From: an uncultured Bacteroidota bacterium
GTDB lineage: Bacteria; Bacteroidota; Ignavibacteria; UBA10030; UBA6906
Assembly (NCBI GenBank): GCA_963700635.1
Contig: CAVOYH010000003.1
Location: 416,001 to 480,000 of the forward strand
Direction of reading: 5' to 3'
Length of the DNA stretch: 64,000 bases
Positions 59,736-64,000 of the stretch are shown one piece after another. The notes beneath the pieces are model-generated. The model saw nothing but the letters and a program-made list of their open reading frames with translations. It was not told the DNA's origin and ran no database searches. The position numbers were made by a program, and so were the translations under genes. Positions within the stretch are counted from its first letter, which is position 1, and every line of letters starts with the position of its first letter.

Positions 59736-60470
59736 ATGGCAATAGTCACTCTTACTATCGATGGCGAGCACCTCAGCGCAAAAGATGATGAATCAATCCT
59801 GCAGATTGCCCGCCAGCACAAAATTGAGATCCCGACCCTCTGCCACCTCGACGGCCTGTCTGACGTTGGCGCATGCCGCCTCTGTCTGGTGGAAGTGGAG
59901 GGCTGGACAAAACTTGCACCCGCTTGCACCACCCGGCCGATGGAAGGCATGGTGATTCTTACCGGCACCGATCGTCTCAAGAAGTACCGGAAAATGATTG
60001 TGGGACTCCTTGCCTCTGAAGGGAACCATCAGTGTGCCGTCTGTATGGTAAACAATCACTGCGAGCTGCAGAATCTGGCGTACGATGTGGGCCTGTTGTA
60101 CGTCGGCGTACCCTATCTCTACCCGGCGAAACATATCGACGCGTCTCACGAGAGCTTTATCATCGACCACAACCGGTGCGTCCTCTGCACACGTTGTGTC
60201 AGGGTGTGCCATGAAGTGGAGGGCGCACACGTGTGGGATATTGCCGGCCGGGGCATCAACTGTACCATCATCTCCGATTTGAACCAGCCGTGGGGCCAAT
60301 CGGAAAGTTGTACCTCCTGCGGCAAGTGTGTTCTGGTCTGCCCGACCGGCGCACTTGTCAAAAAGGGTGAAAGCGTCGCAGAAATGGAAAAACATACCGA
60401 ATTCCTGAAATACATCGTGACCGCCCGCCGGAAAGGCGAGTGGATCACCGTGGACACTGACGAAGAATAA
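59736..60470 (+). CDS. hoxU: Diaphorase Fe-S subunit HoxU
   Basis: IPTLC, CRLC, HQCAVC, CVLCTRC and CTSCGKCVLVCP motifs. Confidence 0.93.
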   Translation: MAIVTLTIDGEHLSAKDDESILQIARQHKIEIPTLCHLDGLSDVGACRLCLVEVEGWTKLAPACTTRPMEGMVILTGTDRLKKYRKMIVGLLASEGNHQCAVCMVNNHCELQNLAYDVGLLYVGVPYLYPAKHIDASHESFIIDHNRCVLCTRCVRVCHEVEGAHVWDIAGRGINCTIISDLNQPWGQSESCTSCGKCVLVCPTGALVKKGESVAEMEKHTEFLKYIVTARRKGEWITVDTDEE

Positions 60471-60486
60471 CACTCTCGAACAACTC

Positions 60487-61023
60487 ATGAAACCAAAAGT
60501 CGCTACAGTGTGGCTCGGAGGCTGCTCCGGCTGTCATATGTCGTTCCTCGATCTGGATGAACGCCTGATCGACCTCGCAGACAAAATAGACCTTGTGTAC
60601 TCTCCTATTGCCGATATCAAGGAATTTCCCAGAGACGTGGACGTTACGCTTGTCGAAGGTGCCGTCGCCAATGTTGAACATGAAGAATTTACCCATATCA
60701 TCCGCCGCAATTCCCGATTTGTGGTTTCCTTCGGGGACTGTGCGGTAACCGGCAACGTCACTGCAATGCGAAACAGTTTTGACACCGAAGAGATACTGCA
60801 CCGCTCGTATGTGGAGCTTGCCGATCTGACACCCCGTATACCGCGGGACTATCCTACGATTGCCGAGCTGATGAAACAGGCGCGTCCCCTCCACGAGTTT
60901 ATTACCGTGGATGCCTTTCTCCACGGCTGTCCTCCCAGCGCCGATCAAATCTGGACTGCGGTGAGCGAACTGCTCGAAGGGAAGATGCCCACACTCTCCC
61001 ATGTATTCCTGCGGTACGGGTGA
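60487..61023 (+). CDS. hoxY: [NiFe]-hydrogenase small subunit HoxY
   Basis: WLGGCSGCHMS, GDCA and GCPP motifs. Confidence 0.93.
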   Translation: MKPKVATVWLGGCSGCHMSFLDLDERLIDLADKIDLVYSPIADIKEFPRDVDVTLVEGAVANVEHEEFTHIIRRNSRFVVSFGDCAVTGNVTAMRNSFDTEEILHRSYVELADLTPRIPRDYPTIAELMKQARPLHEFITVDAFLHGCPPSADQIWTAVSELLEGKMPTLSHVFLRYG

Positions 61024-61037
61024 AAGGACCGACGACC

Positions 61038-62468
61038 ATGGCAACCAGCACAATTACGATCAGTCCTGTTACGCGCATCGAGGGACACGCAAAGATTACG
61101 ATTCAGCTCAATGAGAAGGGAATCGTCGAGAACGCGCGTTTCCATGTGAATGAATTCCGCGGATTTGAGAAGTTCTGCGAAGGACGGATGATGTGGGAAA
61201 TGGGCGGTATCACCTCGCGGATCTGCGGCATCTGCCCGACAAGCCATCTTGTCACGTCTGCCAAAGCGGGCGATGTCATCCTCGCCGTTGAAATTCCAGA
61301 AACGGCTCAGAAGCTCCGCCGTCTCATTATCCTCGCCCAGTGGCTCCAGTCACACGCCCTGAGTTTTTTCCACCTCTCCTCTCCCGATTTTCTCCTGGGG
61401 TTTGATGCCGATCCCGCCACACGGAATATTTTCGGCCTCATCGCCCACGACAAAGAGTTCGCACGGCGTGGCATCCGGCTCCGGAAGTTCGGCCAGGAAA
61501 TCATCGAGGTGCTCGGGACCCGCCGGATCCATACCCCCTGGGCGGTGGCTGGCGGGGTACGCGAACCCTTCGATCCCGGGAAGAAGGATTACCTTCTGAA
61601 CTGGATCCCGGAAGCAAAAGAGACAGCGATATTCGCCCTGGATACGATAAAAAAGATCCATGTCAAATTTCAGAACGACATCCCCAGCTACGGCAACTTC
61701 CGCTCGTTATTTGTGGGACTTGTTGGAGATGACGGCGCGCTTGAATACTATGACGGGACAATCCGTGTTATGGATGGCGACGGGAATATCATTGCGGACG
61801 ACCTTGATCCCACGAAATATCATGATTACTTCGGGGAAGCCACGGAAGACTGGTCGTATCTCAAGTTCCCCTACTACAAACCCCTCGGCTACGCCAAAGG
61901 GATGTACCGGGTCGGCCCCCTGGCGCGGCTGAACATCTGCGACTACATCGATACGCCCCTGGCTGAGGCGGAGCGGAAACAATTTAAGGCGCTTGCCGGC
62001 GACGCCGGCACGGTGAACAACTCATTCTACTTTCACTATGCCCGGCTGATCGAGATCCTCTTCTCGGTCGAAAAGATCGAAATGTTGCTGAACGATCCGG
62101 CCATCGTCGGTCAGAACGTCCGGGCAAAGGCAATGATCAACAGGGACCACGGCGTCGGCGCTACGGAAGCCCCGCGCGGCATCCTGTTTCATGATTACAG
62201 GGTGAATCAAGACGGTGTACTGACGAAAGTCGATCTGGTGATCGCGACGGCACAAAACAACCTCGCAATGAACCGCACTGTCCGCCAGCTTGCCATGCAA
62301 TATCTTGACGGCGCAAAGGTCACGGAAGGGATTCTGAACCGCATTGAAGCCGGCATTCGCTGCTTTGATCCCTGTCTCTCCTGTTCAACGCATGCGATCG
62401 GCATGATGCCGCTACATGTGCAGGTAATCGACCATACGAACACGCTGCTGTGTGACGTACGGCGATGA
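61038..62468 (+). CDS. hoxH: Group 3d [NiFe]-hydrogenase large subunit HoxH
   Basis: TRIEGH, L1 RICGIC, L2 [10 protein letters not shown] plus a C-terminal extension. Confidence 0.95.
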   Translation: MATSTITISPVTRIEGHAKITIQLNEKGIVENARFHVNEFRGFEKFCEGRMMWEMGGITSRICGICPTSHLVTSAKAGDVILAVEIPETAQKLRRLIILAQWLQSHALSFFHLSSPDFLLGFDADPATRNIFGLIAHDKEFARRGIRLRKFGQEIIEVLGTRRIHTPWAVAGGVREPFDPGKKDYLLNWIPEAKETAIFALDTIKKIHVKFQNDIPSYGNFRSLFVGLVGDDGALEYYDGTIRVMDGDGNIIADDLDPTKYHDYFGEATEDWSYLKFPYYKPLGYAKGMYRVGPLARLNICDYIDTPLAEAERKQFKALAGDAGTVNNSFYFHYARLIEILFSVEKIEMLLNDPAIVGQNVRAKAMINRDHGVGATEAPRGILFHDYRVNQDGVLTKVDLVIATAQNNLAMNRTVRQLAMQYLDGAKVTEGILNRIEAGIRCFDPCLSCSTHAIGMMPLHVQVIDHTNTLLCDVRR

Positions 62469-62902
62469 GCAACACCCTGGTGATCGGCATCGGGAATACC
62501 ATCCGCGGTGACGACGGGGTCGGCATTCGTGTTGCCGAACACCTTGCGGAACGTTACGCCGGGTTTGATGTCCTGTGTATCCATCAGCTTTCGCCCGAAC
62601 ACGCAGAGACGGTTTCACGGTATGACCGCCTTGTTTTTGTGGATGCCAGCGTCGCAACGGATACGGTGCGCGTGACATCGCTCCACGCGGGAGCCGAATT
62701 CCGCCTGCCGCGTACGCACGATGTGTCCCCGGCAGGGATTCTCGCGCTGGCGGATGCGCTGTACCAGAAAACACCGTCTGACGTGATCCTTGTGGAAGTA
62801 CCGGCTTCGTCATGTGATTTCAGCGAAGGGCTTTCCTCGTCCACAGAAGCACTGGTTGAAGAGACGATTGGCATTGTGGCCGACTACGTTAAGAGGTCCT
62901 GA
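62465..62902 (+). CDS. Hydrogenase maturation protease (HoxW-like)
   Basis: IGIGNTIRGDDGVG, HQLSPE, FVDA and TH motifs. Confidence 0.9.
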   Translation: MSNTLVIGIGNTIRGDDGVGIRVAEHLAERYAGFDVLCIHQLSPEHAETVSRYDRLVFVDASVATDTVRVTSLHAGAEFRLPRTHDVSPAGILALADALYQKTPSDVILVEVPASSCDFSEGLSSSTEALVEETIGIVADYVKRS

Positions 62903-62905
62903 TCT

Positions 62906-64000
62906 TTGAAGCAACGCCTCCATGCAGTCATCCGCGGAGCCGTCCAGGGGGTGGGGTTCCGCCCGTTTGTCTTCCGGCTCGCCCGGGAGTTGAACCTGAC
63001 GGGGTGGGTGAAAAATTCCGCCCAGGGGGTGTACCTTGAGATGGAAGGTCCCGTGCAGCAGCTCGAACGGTGTATCCTCCGTCTCCAGACCGACCATCCA
63101 CCCCGCGCGTCTATCCAGAGTTGCGAAATCACGTATCTTGATCCCTGCGGCTTTGTATCCTTTAAAATCCTCGCCAGCGACGACACGGGTCCCAGGACGG
63201 CGCTTGTCCTCCCCGACATCGCCATCTGCGAAGATTGCCGTCGGGAGCTGTGGGATCCATCCGATCGCCGTTTCCGCTATCCGTTCATCAACTGTACAAA
63301 CTGCGGCCCCAGGTTCTCCATCCTCAACCGGCTTCCGTATGACCGCCCGAACACCACAATGCGGGATTTCCACATGTGTCCTGCCTGCCGGCAGGAATAT
63401 GAGGATCCCTTACACCGGAGGTTTCACGCACAACCAAACGCCTGTCCTGTGTGCGGGCCGCGCATCCAACTCTGGGATGCCGACGGACGGATTCTCGCAG
63501 AAGACGATGCAGCCGCACGATCTACGGTTGACGATCTCCTCGCCGGTGCGATCGTGGCAGTCAAAGGTCTGGGCGGCTTCCACCTGCTCGCTCTGGCCGG
63601 ATCGACTCAAACCGTCCGCTTACTCCGTCAGCGCAAACACCGGGAGGAAAAGCCGTTTGCAGTCATGGTGCCATCACTGGAGTACGCTCGCACACTCTGC
63701 CGGCTTTCCCCGCTTGAAGAGCGCCTGCTGACCGCCCCGGAATCTCCGATTGTGTTGCTCAGGCGCCTCGACAGGGCCGATGGCTCTCTGGTATGTCATG
63801 AAGTGGCACCGCGCAATCCGTCGCTCGGTATTCTCCTCCCTTATTCCCCGTTACACCACATTCTCCTGCGCGACGCCGGCATCCCCCTGATAGCGACCAG
63901 CGGCAATCTTAGCGATGAACCAATCTGTATAGATGAACACGAGGCTCTTCTGAGACTCAAGGGAATCGCTGACAGATTTCTCGTGCATAATCGTCCCATC
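62906..64000 (+). CDS. hypF: Carbamoyltransferase HypF (3' end outside window)
   Basis: TTG start; GAVQGVGFRPFV, CTNCGPR, RRFHAQPNACPVCGP, KGLGGFHL and TSGN motifs read from the sequence. Confidence 0.95.
   Translation, partial: MKQRLHAVIRGAVQGVGFRPFVFRLARELNLTGWVKNSAQGVYLEMEGPVQQLERCILRLQTDHPPRASIQSCEITYLDPCGFVSFKILASDDTGPRTALVLPDIAICEDCRRELWDPSDRRFRYPFINCTNCGPRFSILNRLPYDRPNTTMRDFHMCPACRQEYEDPLHRRFHAQPNACPVCGPRIQLWDADGRILAEDDAAARSTVDDLLAGAIVAVKGLGGFHLLALAGSTQTVRLLRQRKHREEKPFAVMVPSLEYARTLCRLSPLEERLLTAPESPIVLLRRLDRADGSLVCHEVAPRNPSLGILLPYSPLHHILLRDAGIPLIATSGNLSDEPICIDEHEALLRLKGIADRFLVHNRPI

Noticed and set aside
61038-62468. Selenocysteine-containing hydrogenase
   Set aside because: L1 and L2 motifs use ordinary Cys codons; no in-frame TGA
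63036-63731. 231-aa plus-strand ORF
   Set aside because: Alternative frame within hypF, which the ORF track missed because it runs off the window

Overview
Bacterial chromosomal segment with moderately high GC; the gene content suggests an Ignavibacteria/Bacteroidota-like anaerobe (inference). There are four blocks. (1) 1-17.3 kb is mostly housekeeping: BatA-like gene end, hflX, suhB, nucleoside phosphorylase, NUDIX, pyrE, murI, glnD, rmuC and a GH78 glycosidase. (2) 17.3-35 kb holds co-oriented minus-strand accessory genes, including a carbonic anhydrase-CLC pair, a small glycan-utilisation operon and two internally deleted pseudogenes. (3) About 35-53 kb is a minus-strand array of unrelated genes and gene fragments separated by degenerate attC-like sites. 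It is headed by an attI-like GTTAGGC site and a decayed, co-oriented tyrosine recombinase that appears to lack the IntI-specific insertion. This decaying integron-like cassette array is the most interesting feature. (4) 53-64 kb holds an ABC exporter, then hypAB, a sigma-54 promoter, a group 3d bidirectional [NiFe]-hydrogenase operon (hoxEFUYH), a maturation protease and a partial hypF. All calls come from motifs read by eye; no searches were run.
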